Source: an uncultured Clostridia bacterium
GTDB lineage: Bacteria; Bacillota; Clostridia; Lachnospirales; CAG-274
Length of the DNA: 24,000 nt
Assembly: GCA_947591605.1 (NCBI GenBank)
Contig: CANQDF010000001.1
Coordinates: forward strand, 210,239-234,238
Direction of reading: 5' to 3'
Within the stretch, counting starts at the first letter, position 1. Each line of letters opens with the position of its first letter. A program made the translations under genes and the position numbers. Under the pieces are notes generated by a model, which was not told where the DNA came from, did no database searches, and saw nothing but the letters and a program-made list of their open reading frames with translations. Positions 23,579 through 24,000 of this stretch are shown here, one piece after another.

Positions 23579-24000
23579 TTATTCCTCATCATAATCATCG
23601 TAATCGTCGTAATCGTCTTCGGCAGGGTATTCGTCCTCCTCGGCGTCGTCGTCGACAGTGTCAAGCAGGCTTTGCCTTATCTTGTAGCACTGGTCTATCT
23701 CGTTGCTTATAAAGCTCTGCATCTGTATAGAGGTGTTGCTGAATGCCTCAAGCAGCTCGTTGAGGTGCTCCTCGGTAGCCATCATACGGTCCTTGATATA
23801 CTCCCTGGCACCGAGGCGCAGACGCTTTGATTCCTCGCTGGCTGCCTCTACCATATTGGCATATTCCTCCTGTGCAAGCTGTGTTATCTCATGCTCGCTT
23901 GTAAGCTCCTTTGCCTGCGTTTTTGCCTGTTCTATGATGGTTTTTGCCTGGTTGTTTGCTTCGCCTACGGTTTTATTGCAATTGCTTATTATCTTTTCCG
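23579..24000 (-). CDS. Window-truncated coiled-coil protein with a poly-acidic C-terminal tail (DivIVA-like by composition only)
   Basis: The frame stays open from the window edge: EKIISNCNKTVGEANNQAKTIIEQAKTQAKELTSEHEITQLAQEEYANMVEAASEESKRLRLGAREYIKDRMMATEEHLNELL...DTVDDDAEEDEYPAEDDYDDYDDYDEE, then stop. The ORF-track Met at 23854 is internal. The functional family is uncertain. Confidence 0.6.
   Translation of the reverse strand, partial: EKIISNCNKTVGEANNQAKTIIEQAKTQAKELTSEHEITQLAQEEYANMVEAASEESKRLRLGAREYIKDRMMATEEHLNELLEAFSNTSIQMQSFISNEIDQCYKIRQSLLDTVDDDAEEDEYPAEDDYDDYDDYDEE

Overview
This 24-kb window looks like a Clostridia-class Firmicute. That is inferred from gene content only: an rplU-prp-rpmA-obg-yhbY cluster with a Prp-processed L27, [FeFe]-hydrogenase maturases, ATA/AGG-rich codon usage and roughly 50% GC in coding lines. 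Most of it is ordinary core genome. In order: a GlgC/GlgD-type tail, a small membrane protein, a flavin reductase-like protein, an RsmF-like methyltransferase, a YgiQ radical-SAM protein, an anion permease, a MATE exporter, thrC, DUF5662-like and DUF4250-like proteins, a TM1266-type regulator with hydG and hydF, the ribosomal/Obg cluster, an extended KDPG aldolase, an EamA/DMT transporter, tRNA-Arg(CCG), prfC, a secreted CAP/SCP-domain protein, and a partial coiled-coil acidic-tail protein. I see no CRISPR array, transposase, integrase, toxin-antitoxin pair or recognisable defence gene, and I cannot point to a clear multi-gene novel system. The observations worth a second look are as follows. 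(1) A roughly 1.9-kb AT-rich cassette (13.17-15.11 kb), bracketed by terminators, encodes a multi-domain secreted protein. Its signal peptide is cut off from its body by a G8 homopolymer, which could be a phase-variation switch, a pseudogene or a sequencing error. A tightly coupled 45-aa ORF follows, with a leader-like MKKxYxxP N-terminus. (2) Two copies of a hairpin-rich, modular, MITE/BOX-like intergenic element sit beside terminators. One lies between rpmA and obg and is flanked by a 31/34-bp duplication of the rpmA terminator. (3) An unclassified, terminator-containing leader of about 180 nt with repeated AGGCAAA words precedes the hydrogenase-maturation operon. (4) A 31-32 nt conserved motif is shared by two divergent promoter regions. 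(5) A tRNA gene overlaps the stop codon of the upstream transporter. All coordinates and folds were worked out by hand from the sequence. No database search was run.
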